This document shows positions 47,997 to 60,700 of a stretch of 64,000 nt of DNA, piece by piece. The position numbers and the translations under genes are program-made. The stretch lies in assembly GCA_013265495.1 (NCBI GenBank), contig MU057887.1, positions 2,947,576 to 3,011,575 of the forward strand, read 5' to 3'. The stretch comes from Vicugna vicugna (Eukaryota). The first letter of the stretch is position 1; each line of letters begins with the position of its first letter. Under the pieces are notes generated by a model. That model was not told the DNA's origin and did not search any database. It saw only the letters and a list, made by a program, of their open reading frames with translations.

Positions 47997-50900
47997 TATC
48001 TTTCCAGAGCCGTCTGTTCCAGCATTTTCGAATCATCGATATATAGCTGAAAAATATGTATGCAGTCTTCCTCCATTTGGGGCTGTTTCCGACCCTAATT
48101 TCGCACGTTGTGCTGGCTTCTCCTTGCCTCCCTTGTGACAAAGTCTGGTGTTTCACTCTTTGCAGGCTTGTGTACAGAAGTGGCTGGAGAGGTTGTCGCT
48201 GGTCCTACATTTCCCTCTAGCGCATCATTCATTTCTGTTTTTCCTTTTGTGATCCTGCTGCTTCCCCTTCCACTGTTTTCTATTTTTAGTTGAGTGGCTA
48301 ATTTATTTAATCATCTTTTTAATTCAGAATCTGAAATATTCACGATGAATCATCTTGTGCCATTGAAATATTGACGATGAATCGTCTTGTGCCAGGAGTA
48401 ACGCTGATGATGTCATGTGATTTGAGTGGCATCAGCCTTGGGGTTGTTTTCCTCCAGGAATTCAGCAGTTTAGGTGCCTCCTGAGAGCGCCATGAGCACC
48501 CTTTCATGTCCACGTAGAGGGTCATTTTCTGCAAACAGTTCACAGGGCCTGCTAAGCTGCTCTTCCCTGCTCTCAGAGGAGAGTCGGGTGTGTAATGGTC
48601 TGGGCCCCATTCACCTCTGAAGTCTCACGTGTATTCTGTCCACTTGACCTCAGGGATGAGCAGAGTGAGCTGAGCGTCCCCTTTGAGACAGATGCCCCTG
48701 GAGTCCCAGCCACCCTCCCTCCACGCATGGTCACCGGGGCTGCAAGGCTGGGACAGTCCCGTCCCCTGTGTCGGGGTTCCTCGCGACAGCAGGCAGACCT
48801 GGTGCTGTTTGTGGGGGTGGCAAGCCTCCAGCTGTGGGGCTGCAACTGGCGGATAAAGCCTCAGCCTCCTGCCTGGAAGGGACCAGCCAGAGGCATGTTA
48901 GGTGGTGGCCCGGGAGCCCACCCCAACAAACTTGTTCCGCTGGCCCCTAGGCCATGAGCAGCGCAGCTGCAAATGCCTCCAGGCCATCGTCTGCCTGGCC
49001 CCGGTCCCACCCGGCGAGTAAGGTACCTGGTGAAGACCTGATGCCGGGATGACTAGGAGCCGCCCGCCTCGCTTTCCAGTCTCAAGAGGCCGTCTCAGGC
49101 TGGTGGGCGCGACTTGCTCACTCCATCCTCCAGCACATGCCGGACAGCGTACACAGACTGTTCTCAGCAAGCGCCCCGAGGCAGGTCAGGTCGGAGCCGT
49201 GAGAAGAGACTCACGACACTTCTCCAAGCACGGGCTTCGGGGGACCGGCTGACCCGGTCCGCCCCTGCGCGGCCGCGCAGCTGGGCGGCGGGAGACGGGC
49301 AGGCCGGGCGGTTCACCCGTGAGCGCCCTGCCCTTACGGGACGCTCCTCCGTCCTGGGATGAACGCTGCTTGGGTTTTCACAGCCTTTCACTAACACGCC
49401 GATTCTGAAGGAGTTGACTTTGACGAGCGCTGTGTTCTCACCGCCTGCGTGAGGGAACAGATGTGCGGGCCTGGGGAGGGGTTCTCCCGCTCGGCCCTTC
49501 CAGGCGCCCCATCCCAGTCCATTGATTCTGGGGGCAGGGTCCACCCGCCCAGGTTCCCTTGTTCTTCTTCAAAACTCCAATCCCACCTTCAGCTTCAGCA
49601 AGACCCTGATCGGATGGAGTTTCTCAGCAGGTTAAGCCTCCTGGGAAGAGTGGTTGCCGTGCTGGTGGACAGGCGCCCTCGTACAGGAGCCGCCCAGCCC
49701 GCGGCCACCGGGCTTGGAGCGGACAGAGCCGTGGGGCTGGGCCCACACGTCTCTCCAGGGCTGCGCCGTGACGCCGCCGGTGCAGCCCCTGCCCCTCCGC
49801 ACCCCCCACCCCACTGTCCCGCTTCAGCCCCGAACCACCACTTGCCCCGCGGTGGAGCGAAGCACAGGAACTCGCTCAGCACACCCGCCTCCAGAGCCAG
49901 CCGTCCAGCAAGAGTGTGTTGCTTGGCCCCTCTCTCGTCCCCGGAGAAATGGGCGCTCAGCTGAGACCCACAGCACTTTGTGGCCGTTTCTGGGGCTCGC
50001 CCATGTTTCACCCCATGCTGCGCGTTGGACACTTTCCCTCCTAAGCCGAGGTTTATGCTTGCGGGGTTTTTTTTCCTGGCTTCACTAATGATAGTTTTTT
50101 TCTTTCTGCTTTATTCCTTTGGCTGTCTGTGGCTGGCTTCCACGGGAAACTGAATAGAGCTCACTGTTCCCTTGTGCTGCAGCAGGAGTCTGTGCTGATC
50201 CGGCTTTAAAAAGACGAAGAGGAATTTCCCAGGAAATAGTGGTCTGGTCTGGGGCGGGGAAGGGGCAGGGCACAGACCTGAAAGTGCAGTCTGGAGTCAG
50301 GAGGCTGGGCTCTGCCGCCCCGGCTCTCGGCTCTCGTCCAAGAAAGTGGGGGTAAAAAAGCTTCCGTTTTACATCAGAAGACAAAATAGAGCCCCCAGCA
50401 CAACGCTTGGCAAGCCGGATCCCTCGATAAAGTACGAACCCTCCTTACCTTTAGGGCAATGCAAACAGCCAGACACGATGCACGTCGTGATGAAATGAAA
50501 CACACAGGAAATGACGCAGCTGATGGGGGTGGGGGCCCAGTGGTCAGCGGCCCACAGCAGCTGCAGGACGTGCTGGACGGACCTCCGAGGCCCCGGATGG
50601 GGCGGGGGATCTGAGGTCTGCTGGTCCCGCTCTCGGAGGGACTGGCCTGGTGCATGTCCTCCGGGTCCAGCCTCTCCCTGGGCGGGCCCTTCCTCGTCCC
50701 CCTCCTTATGGACACCTGCGGGCTGGCTGGCCTTCACCCACTTCTCTGTGCAGGTTTGGGAGCCCAGGCGGTTTTAAATTTCCGATGGTCCAAGAGGCCT
50801 GTGATCAGGGCTGTGGGGGCTTCGGCCGCAGGCACTGCATAGGACCCTGTAGCGTCTACGTACCTGCTTCCCCTCACTCCTGGGACCAGGGCACCCGGGT

Positions 50901-51759
50901 TCCTGTACAGACCTCCTCTCAGGTCTGCCTCCACCCCAGGCCTTCCTTGCCCTTGCCCTTGCCCTCACCCTTGTGTCCCTGGCTGTAACCCCGAGGCCCT
51001 GGGAACCGGGAAGTCTCCGCTGCCTGACCCTCGCAGCAGCCCGAGTCACTGGGTCAGCGTGGAGCTTGATGAGTCTTTTCCCCTCAAAACCTCTTCCACC
51101 GCTTCTCTGAGTCCAGAGCCGGGCAACTTTGCTGCCCCTGGTGCTGTCAGTGCTCCTTCCTCTCAGGGCCAGCTGGTCGTTCCTTCCTTCTCTCCTTCAC
51201 AGCCTGCAGCCCACAAGGCTGGCCAGCATCCCGGCCCGCGACTGGCGCCGGCAGCTCCAGCATCGCCCAGATCCGGGCTGGGAACCTCTGGTAGCCCCAG
51301 GGCTGTCTCACCGCGGGCTCCCCTCGCCGGCGCCTCCCCAGACAGCCCTGCATGGAAAGGAAGTTCGGGCCTTATTCAAAGCAAGGAACAAAAATGCCGC
51401 TCAGACGAAGGAACGAGGAAGTGGCCCTTCTTTCTGTGGTCGCCGCACCTGCCGTGCTGACTCGCGCAGTTCTGGCGGCGCCCCCGGGCTGGGGTCTCCC
51501 TCCAGGCAGCCATGGAACTGACCTGCTGCGGCCCAGCCAGTGGTTGGGATGTCAGCCTCCGCCTCCCGCCCACTGCTCCCCGCCCCGTGGTGATGGGCGA
51601 GCCCAGGGGGTTGAGACGAGCGGGGCGGGCGAGAGGCTTTTCCTCCTGAGCCACCTGCGAGGTGCTCCCTGGCGCGGCCGGCCCGGTGCAGGCGGACCCC
51701 CCAGCTGAGATCAATGATTAAGAGTTTCAGGATGGCAGGAACAGACCCCTGAGCCCGGG

Positions 51760-52172
51760 TTGGGCTGAGCAACATCCCAATTGCCCAGAATACAAGCCCT
51801 TCGCTTCCTGACGTGGCAAGAGGGTCTTTGCAGATGTGACCGAGTCAAGGGTCTTGAGATGGGGAGATAGTCCTGGATCACCCAGCTGGGTCCTACGTGC
51901 AGCCACATGTGTCCTTCTACGAGGGAAGCGGAGGGAGACGTGGCCGCGGAAGGCAAGGCTGGGTGATGACAGAGGCGGAGGCTGGAGGACGGCCCCGAGC
52001 CCAGGCTTCCCAGGGCCTCCAGAAGGAAGCCGCACGGCAGACACCTTGGCTTCAGCCCCAGAAAACTGACTTTGGACCATCCTCCTCCAGGAAAGCAGGG
52101 CGGCCAGCTTCTGTTGATGCAGGCCTCCTTGTTTGGGGAATCTTGTTACAGCAGCTACCGGAAACTAATACA
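51760..52172 (+). mobile_element. MLT1C/D solo LTR
   Basis: gtggcaagagggtctttgcagatgtga...aagggtcttgagatggggagatagtcctggat...cagacaccttggcttcagccc...ttgttacagcagctaccggaaactaataca. Confidence 0.85.
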
Positions 52173-53789
52173 GTCAGTAACTTGCCTTGATCGGGTGCTG
52201 GTGTCTCCCAGCCCTCAGTGTCCCTTCCCTCCTTTTCTTCCTTGCTTCCTTAATTTTTTTCATCTTTTAGTCTGCATTTCCCACCTGACCCCTGGGTCGA
52301 CGTCTCATGTTTGTCTTCATGTTTCTGCTCTTCCTTTCCCCCTAATCTTTGATGAACCGCAGCTCCAGACCTCAGGGCAGGCAGCAGATTCACCAAACAG
52401 CCATGTGTTTCAGGGCTTAAACCGCGAAGCAGTCTCGCTGGCTGGGGGCTGGGGGTGGTGGCTGTCCCCTGTCCATCTGGTAGTTCAGAGAGTCAGGTCC
52501 CTCCCACCATGCGGCCACGCCCTCCCTGGGGGCTCAGCTAGGAGGCCCACTCTAGGGGGTGGGGGTGGAACTCAGGGCCAGGTCCACTCTGTCCTCCCTG
52601 GCCGGCCAGGACCCCATGGAGAGCTGGGGCATGCAGCTGGGCCAGGGTCCGGGGGAGGGAGGGAGCTGGGGACCCGGCGACCTGGAGGGGTTCGGCCGAG
52701 TGTCCAGTGTCTGCACTCGGAGCGGCTCCACCCACACCCCTGCAGGAGTGCTGGTTTTTGTTATTATACGTATTTGTAGCTGCCCCCTAAATTAAGCGTT
52801 TCGTTTACAAAGGTTTTATTTCAGTATCTTGTGTAGTCATACAAATAATACAAATTAAATACCAGTGAGGGATTTCCAGGTTGCGGAGCAATTTCACATC
52901 GGGGACCTCACAGTTCCAGGCTTCCTTTACTGGGCCTGGTTAGCTCCAGCCCTCACGAGCCTGGGGGCTCGGGGGAGTCACCTCTGCATCTCTGAGCGGC
53001 ACTGTCTATTAGCCAATCGGGAGCGATACCTGCCCCGCATCCCCCGGAGTGGTGATGAGGTCGCAGCCCAGGGAGGACCGGACACCTGCAGGGGCCGTAG
53101 GAACACAGCCCGCTCTCCTGTCCCTGCCCTGCCTGAGGAAGGAAGTCCCGGCCTGGGTCAGGTCAGGACCCAGGGGCCCCGGGGAGCAGGGCTGGGCTTG
53201 TACACGGGGCAGGAACACTGGAGCCCCCTGGTCCTGGTGCCCAGGTGCCAGCCAAAGGGCCCCCTGCCCTGAGGGCCTCAGGGGCCCAACTGGAGCTGAC
53301 CGCTCTGCTGAGCGGGCCGGGCTGGCCGGGCTGAGCGTCCCGAAGGGCCCTGGCAACCAGGAGGCAGCTCTGATTCCAATTCAGGGGAGAAGGCAGCATG
53401 GTGATCGATTTTCCCCAAAATGCAAATTGTATTAAAAAAATCCATACCTTTGGGAGGGCTTTGTAATAAGGCCATAAATCACTCCAGGATGCAGCGTTCC
53501 AGGGGGAGAACAAATGTCTTATTTGTTGGGCAGTGAGAGGCGGGCAGCCCCCCCCTCCAACGCGGGGAGGGCCGGCCCCACCCCAGCCCCCAGCGCTCGG
53601 CCAGGCAGGGCCGCTGCCCATCCTGAGGAAGGGGCTCTCGCCTCCCCAGGCCCAGACAGCCTCCTCGGACTCCATCTGATCCCAGCATCTCTCCTATCCA
53701 GTCCTGGTGTCCACTCACCCCTTCACTCACTCACTCCCCGATTCTCCATGCCTCCTGCAGACCAGGCACCTTGCCTCCTGCTGAGCTCA

Positions 53790-53900
53790 CACAGGTCAGT
53801 CAAGCCAATGAGAGAAGCACAATCCATGGGAGGGAGGCCAGGAAGGCTGCCTGGAGGAGGTGGCAGCTTACTGGGGATGAGTCGCTCCAGGGATAAATTG
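53790..53900. mobile_element. L2 fragment
   Basis: gggaggccaggaaggctgcctggaggaggtggcagct. Confidence 0.4.
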
Positions 53901-54627
53901 GGGTCACTGGGGCAGCACCCAGGCCAGCAGAGACCAGAGCGGGGCCTGCAGTGCAGGCAGCCTTTGTCAGAGGAAGCTGCTGGCTGGCGAGTCCCTGATG
54001 CTTCCTTTAGGCAGTGGACACTTTCAGTCAAATCAAATCCCCAGGAAGCCGGTGCACAAAACTGAACAAGAAGGAGCTGCGGGGGGAGAGGCCGCCTTCC
54101 CTGGCTGGGCCTCAGGTGCCCTGGAGTCCAGAACATGTAATTTTCAGCAATGGGAGTCCTGTGATGGGGACCTCAGTGTCACCTGCAGGGCCCTCGGACC
54201 CGGCTCCCTCCTGGGAGGGGTGAAGGGCACCTGGTCTGCCGCTCAGAGTCAGGGGCATGCTCTACAGGCCTCCACACCCCACACCTGCCTGGGAGGGAGG
54301 GGCCAGCTCGCCTCCATCTGCCCGTCTTCCAGAGAGTCCCAGGGCTGGGCAGGCGTCCAGCTGGCCAGCCATGACGCCCTATGCGCACGCACACACACAC
54401 CGGGCGTCTGAGTGGCAACCAGGTCACCCTCTTCCTGGCTCCACACTCCTGGGCACCCTGACCCTGGCGTTGGCCCCAGTGTCCCAAAGCAGGCCTCCTC
54501 CAAGGATGAAGTTCAGGCAGCAACGATCTCCGTGGCCCTGGGGTTTCCCAGGCACAGGTTGTCCTTGGGAGCTGTCACTTTGAGCCCTCAGCAGAGCCTG
54601 CCAGTGATGCTCTTTTACTTTCTTGTC

Positions 54628-54866
54628 CCCAGCATCCCAGCCCTTCCCAGCATCCCAGCCCTTCCCAGCATCCCTACCCTTCCCAGCATCCCTGCACATC
54701 CCAGCATCCCTGCCCTCCCCAGCATCCCTGCCCTCCCCAGCATTCCTGCCCTTCCCAGCATCCCTGCACATCCCAGCATCCCTGCCCTTTCCAGCATCCC
54801 TGCCCTTCCCCGGCATCCCTGCCCTTCCTGGCATCCCTCCCTTCCCGGCATCCCTGCACATCCCAG
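54628..54866. repeat. 18-bp minisatellite (cccagcatccctgccctt), ~13 copies
   Basis: Direct reading; variants ...cctgcacat... recur. Because 18 is a multiple of 3, it generates the PSIPAL / GRAGML ORF repeats. Confidence 0.95.
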
Positions 54867-57762
54867 GCAGGTGGAGAGTCTACCTCTCCTGCTCACCTTC
54901 CTTCCTCCCAAGAGGCTGGGCTGCAGACCAGAGCCTCTCAACCCCAGAAATTCTGGAAATGGGGAATCCAGCAGGGTCCCTGTGCCCCACTGGCCCCACT
55001 GGGCAGCTGGGAGCGCCCCTCCCTTTTGGCTGGCTGTGGCTCCCATTCCTGGGCCTCCCTGACCATCCAGGCCCCACTCATGCCCCACCCCAAGCTTGCC
55101 TGCAGCCTGTGTGGGCGAGGTCATTGCGCAGGTTTGGGAAGGAAGAACCAGATGGTGTCGGCAGTGACCGGAGTTCAGTCCAGCCGTGTGAGAGCCGTCC
55201 TCAGAGCTCTGAGCGCCCTCCCTGGCCCCCATCACAGGGACGCAGCCCGCAGCCCCTCCTCATCCCGTCCCTTCTGCCCTCTCTGGCTAATTAATTAACT
55301 GCTCTTCTGTGTTTCAGGGCACGCTGCTCAGTGAGGAGTGGTGGCCAGCGGGGAGGGTGCCGTGAAGATAACACGCAGGGCAGCCTTCGGCCCCACACCT
55401 CCATGGGCCCTGGACGGGGACGGGGCCCCGAAGTGTCCTCGCTGGTCCAGGGCCCTGGGCTCTGGGCAAGAAAGCTTCCCTCGCAGCAGGAGCTTTGAAG
55501 GATGCCTGTCCCACCCCAGGGCAGAGCTGGGGCCCAGAGGCGGGCCTGGGGCACGGGAGGTGTGCTCTGGAGACTCACGTGCTGGTCCAGTGCCGTCTAC
55601 ACTGTACCATGGTGGTCCCCGCCCCCGTCGGGTCTTCCCCCGGGCTCCTCCCCCGGCCAGCAGTGCTCCCGGCCCGTTTTCTCAGACGTGACTGTGTCCA
55701 GAGCCCATCATCCCAGAGGCTGTAAGCTCCTGGGCACTGCGGCCCCCCTGTGCCTGGCCTGGGGCCAGCGCGAGGCAGGCTGTCATCAGCTTTTGTGACT
55801 GAATAAAAGAATGAGTGAGCGGATGAACAAGTGACAGAACCAGAGCCTGGTGAGGCGGTGTCCGAAGGCACCTCCAACGACAGCCGACGGTTCTGATCTC
55901 GCCACACTGGAGCTCAGGCGACTGGCCTCCTGTTCTCCTGCCGGCCAAGTGAGACGATTTCGGTGGTCCCTGCTCCCCACAAAGTGTCCGACTTCAGCAC
56001 TGCAGGGCCCAGCCCCCTCCCCAGGGGCTCAGAGGGCCACACCTGTGTGCCCCGCCCCCGCCGCGCCGTCACCCTGGGGACGCTGCTGGCATCCTCGCCG
56101 ATGCCAGCGAGGACCTTCGTGCAGACGGAAACTTCCTTCTCACCATGAGACTCGGGTGCCCCCTGGGCACCTCACTCCGCTTTCCCACTTCCTTCTTTGG
56201 TCCAATTTTAAACAGGATCCTTAAACAGTCAGGGCGTGAGGCCATCAGCCCTGCTCAGAAGCAAACCCAGGTGCCCCGTGGAGGCGGACGGGGTGCTGGT
56301 GGAGGCCGTCTCCCACCAGAGACACGCAGCAGCATTTCCTGCTCCATCCTCCTCCTTCACAGCCACCGGCGTCCCCAGAGCTAGGAAACTGGGAGCTGGA
56401 AGAGGGGCTGCCTGGGCTCCAAGGAACAGAACCCACTTCTGCTTCTTGGGCAGAAGGTTCCATCCGCGGGGCCGGAGCGACTCCCGCCCGCACCTGCTGG
56501 GGAGGCCCGGCTCCAGGAGGCACCGCTGTGGGAGCCGGCAGCTCTGGGACAGGGAGGGGCCCCGCTGGCCTGCTGCCCACCCAGACACCTGGTCCCCTGG
56601 ACTGGGGAGGAGAGGCTGAGCAGCTGGGGCGAGACGCTTCCACTGCTGCCGCTTGCTCTGTGGATCTGTCCGGAGCCTGGACATCACATCGTGTTAACGT
56701 ACGACCAGCTGTGCGGCCAGAGGCCCGAGCCTGCGTCTGGGAGCTTTGCCTGCCCTTTAGGTGGGATGGTGTCCCCGGATCACTGTGACTGCCCACGTGA
56801 CATTCACCTGTCTCATGTGCTGGGGACACCGAGGCACTCAGCCTAGACCTCCCAGGGAGAGGGGGCCGGAACAGGGTCCCCGCCCAGGCCGACCCCCAAG
56901 CCCACAGCCCGACACCGAGCGCCTTCACCCTCCGGACCCGCCCCGCGCCCCGGTAGCGTCAGACCCGACCTCCCCCTCCAGCTGTTGCTGCGCTGGCCTC
57001 CCGGCCGCCAGGCCTGGAGGGGACTTGGTGCCGCAGCTCTGCATCCCTGGGTTGGCTCAGAACAGAATCCTCGGGCCAGTCTCCGTGCCCCCTAGAGGGC
57101 CGCCCCAGACCAGACCGGCTGCCCTGGCGGTGGGGGGCAGGGTCCTTGCAGTGGGCGGGGTGGATGGAGGGGGACGTGGGACAGATGGGGTCGGGGACGG
57201 CAGTGCAGAGGGGGCCTCCCTGGTTCAGTGAGAAGTGGGGTCCAGCCGCCCCACCCCCACACCAGGAAGTGAGGGCCCAGAGACCCTTCCTCCTGCTCTG
57301 CACACCTGCGCCTCGCACCGCAGGATGGCTTGTGCCGTGCTCTGGGGTCCCACTGGATTCAGGTCTCTGCTGTCATCCTGAAATCCTTAACAAATTTGTA
57401 TTTGAACTTGTATTTTGTAAGCAAACCCCAGGGGGCCCGCCTGCGGTCCACGGAGACCCGAGCAGCGTACGTGCCCACTGGCCCAGCGGGCCTTATCCCC
57501 AGGGTGGGTTTGTGGGGCCAGTGTGCACAGGTTTCTGGGGGAGCGAGTTATGGCCACGACGGGGTAAGGGGGGGTGTGGGAGGAGGCAGACAGGCCCCGA
57601 TAGGCCATGCTTTCCGCCCAAACCAGAACTTGCTTCAAAGCCAGAGAGAGGGCAGGGTTCTGATCAACCTCCACGGCCCAGGGCCGCAAGCGGCCTTTCC
57701 CGCCCCTCACGTGACGCACGGGTGCAGAGCGAGGTGAGGATGGCTGCGTCTGTTCTGCGCAG

Positions 57763-60700
57763 CGTGTCCCCTGTTGTTCAGAACGAGGTCTCTGGGCGCG
57801 TACGAGCTGTGAAACCCGAACTGTGTAAGTAAGTGTGATGGTTGTGCACGACACAGACGCACAGAGGAACTCACGCTCGGAGTGTGAGCGCTCGGCTTGT
57901 CTGCGCCCAGGACGCCGCCAGGCAGCGAGTGAACCCAGCGCGCGGGGGGGACCATGAAAGGAGCAAAGGCTTCACATCCCGGTATCTTTAAAGGGCCTTT
58001 CTTCATGCTTCTGAACAAGGTCCCTGTGTTCTCACCGTGCACCGGGCCCTGAAATTTTCCCTCCCTTTGAAGCTGTGTCCCCCTAAAACTCAGCTCCCCT
58101 GTGGAGTGTGTGAATAATCTCTCCGGTCAAAACTTTATTCCTTCCCTTGTCCTGCCTCTGTTCCCCTCAGGATTGAAAAGCATCAAAGGAAAAGGGGGCT
58201 TGAAGCCAAGCAGGGCCCAGCGGGGCCTTCCCGGTGGCAAGCGCCTCTGTGCGCCCCGTTTCTTGTCTTTAGAAGAAAGGTTTTAGTCTCCTAGGTCTTC
58301 CGCGAGCTCCAAAGAGCAGGCTCACGCAGTTGCTGATCAGAACAGCCAAGTCTCAGGACCCCCAGGTCCTCCTCGAGGGGGAGGACAACAGACTGCCGCA
58401 CACGCAAGCGATCCTGCAGGAACTGGGACCCCCGCACGCTGGAGGAGAGCCGCTGCGCGCTGGACCCAGACTGGCCGGAGCCAGAGCGTGGTGACTGAGG
58501 CTCCCGTGACCTCACCACCAGCCCGTCAGAAGCGGGTCCACGGGCTGATCACGCGTCCGCTCCCTCGACCCCGTCTTTAAATACCCTCGCCCGAAAGCCA
58601 CTGGGGAGGTCGGGTCTTAGAGCGCAAGTTGCCGGTTCTACTTCCTTGCATCCTGCAAACAGGCCCTCGCTCTGCTGCAGACAGCCGCTGCGGAGCTGGC
58701 CTCTCCGCGCGGGGCACACGCACCCTGGCTTGGTCACACCGCAGACAGTCTCCACCCCTGGTGAGCAGCTTGGGACTGGGGGGTGGGGATGGGATGAACC
58801 AGGGCACGCGAGGCGCCTGCAGCAAAACCTTTCCGGCGGAATTTTAGCAGGTGAAGTGGGGAGCAAGGCTTTGCCCGGAATGCGTCGTGAGAGGTAGGTG
58901 TCCTGGGCGGCCTCTGCGGAGGGTGCTGACTTCTCCAGGGCCCCCTGCTCTGAGGGAAGGGTCTGAAGTGAGTCGTCTTGCTCCCTGTGGGCCCATCGCT
59001 GGGCACGTCACCGAGGGAGACGTGGTGGGAGACGGGCAGGCCAGGTGGACAGGTGTTGGGACTGGCTTGGGCAGAGATGGGACCCGGGCAAGGGCCATGG
59101 TCATGAGGACGGGGAGGGGCTTATCCAGGGCTCCTCTGAGTGGCGTTCAGAAACCGTCCCTAATTCCCCTGTCTCTGTAGACAGAGGTCACTGGCTGGCT
59201 TAGCACCTAACCACAAAAGACTTTGTCTTCCTCATTGCGTGAAAAGCTAGAGAAATATGAGGTTCCTGGCAGCAGAGGAGGGAGAGCTCAGTGTTCCAGC
59301 GGCGTTGAGCCCCTGTTCCTCCAGCCGCAGACGAGACCGTGGGCAGAGATGAGGAGCGTTACTGGGTGTCTCTGGTGGTCACTGGGGTTCGTGGAGCATC
59401 CATCGAGGTGCCCACTGACGTCCCCTCGCCGGGAAATTAAACAACGCTGAGTGGCAGCTGACAGGCTCCTCTTGGAGGGAGCCCACCCTGCGCACGGGGG
59501 ATTTCAAGTCTCCAGCTGGGGCGGGAGGGCCAACTCACAGCGCATCAGTCAGGGCTCTGGCAGAGAGCTTCGCGCTTGCCGTTGTGCTAATGAGGGATCG
59601 CTCTCCAATCCTGGGAGGGTATCTCTCCAAAGAGACTTGCACGTCTGGGTGAACCTGAGACAACATTGACAGGGACACACGGCGAATGCATACCCACCTT
59701 TTCACCCCTGGTGGCCTCAGTGGGGGCAGCTGAGAGGCGAGGCGTCACTGCACCGCCGTGACCTGCAGGAGCCGCGCCCAGCAGAGGCCAGCCGTGCGTT
59801 CCACGCTGACACGCTCGGCTCCTCCCCTCAAGCGATGCCTGGACCCCCAGGATGGATCCTCAAGGAAGGGCCCTGTAACTGGCCTTGGACCCCAGGACCC
59901 GGTCAACCTGAAGCCTCTGGGACACACCAGCTTGGACCCCGCAGTGAAGGGGAAGCACCCATGGCCTGACGGTCCTGGACCCCGCTCGCCAACTGCTCCT
60001 CCTCCAGCCTCACCTCCTGGGTGCCGGGCTGTGCACCTGCCCCCTCGGGGCGGGAGTTTCCAGGATGTAACCTCCCGGCCAAGCAGCAGTGTGTGAATGA
60101 GGAGGGAGCGAGTGAGGAAACAGGATGAACGGACTTAGAGCAGCGAGGATGGCGCGCGCCCACGGCCTGGCTCCCGGGAAGCAGGAGAGCACAGGGCCAC
60201 AGTCAGAGCCCTGCGGGGGGTCCCAGTGGTGGCCCCCTCGCCCGTGACCCGACCTTGCTCGCTGGTCTGCTTTTCCTCATCTACACAGCACTTGTCACCA
60301 GCACAGGGGCCTCCCCGGGGCCTCCAGGGCCCTGAGGAAGAGAACACCCGGGAGATGGTGGGACTCGTGGAGCACAGGATGGAGCTGGCAGAAGCGGGCC
60401 GCGGCCAGCAGGGCTTTGACGTGCCCACGGGCCACGCCCTCCCCAGCGAGCCCCCGGCCCACGTCAGGGCCCCACTCGCCGCCAACACAGCCATCTCGTT
60501 GTGGGCACTGGAGGCTGTGGGAGCGACACAGGGGGCTGCGGGGACGGAGCACCATGGACAGCTCTGCAGCCACCGCACGGGCGCCCTGCAGGTGTGGGGG
60601 CTGGGAGCCCAGGCCAGGGTGCGGCCGGGGCTGCCCCTCCAGGGGCTCCCAGGGCAGGCTGTGCCCAGCCTCTCTCCAGCTTTTGGGGACCTCAGGGATT

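Noticed and set aside
48405-48484. TGATGA...CTGA spaced like a C/D snoRNA
   Set aside because: Box C lacks the purine, there is no terminal stem, and I recognise no rRNA antisense element.
52880-53050. Protein-like frame VAEQFHIGDLTVPGFLYWAWL...LLANRERYLPRIP
   Set aside because: No polypyrimidine acceptor and a weak donor; too little support to add to the fossil-exon chain.
54412-55294. ORFs with PSIPAL / PASLPF / GRAGML repeats
   Set aside because: Translation of an 18-bp minisatellite in several frames on both strands.
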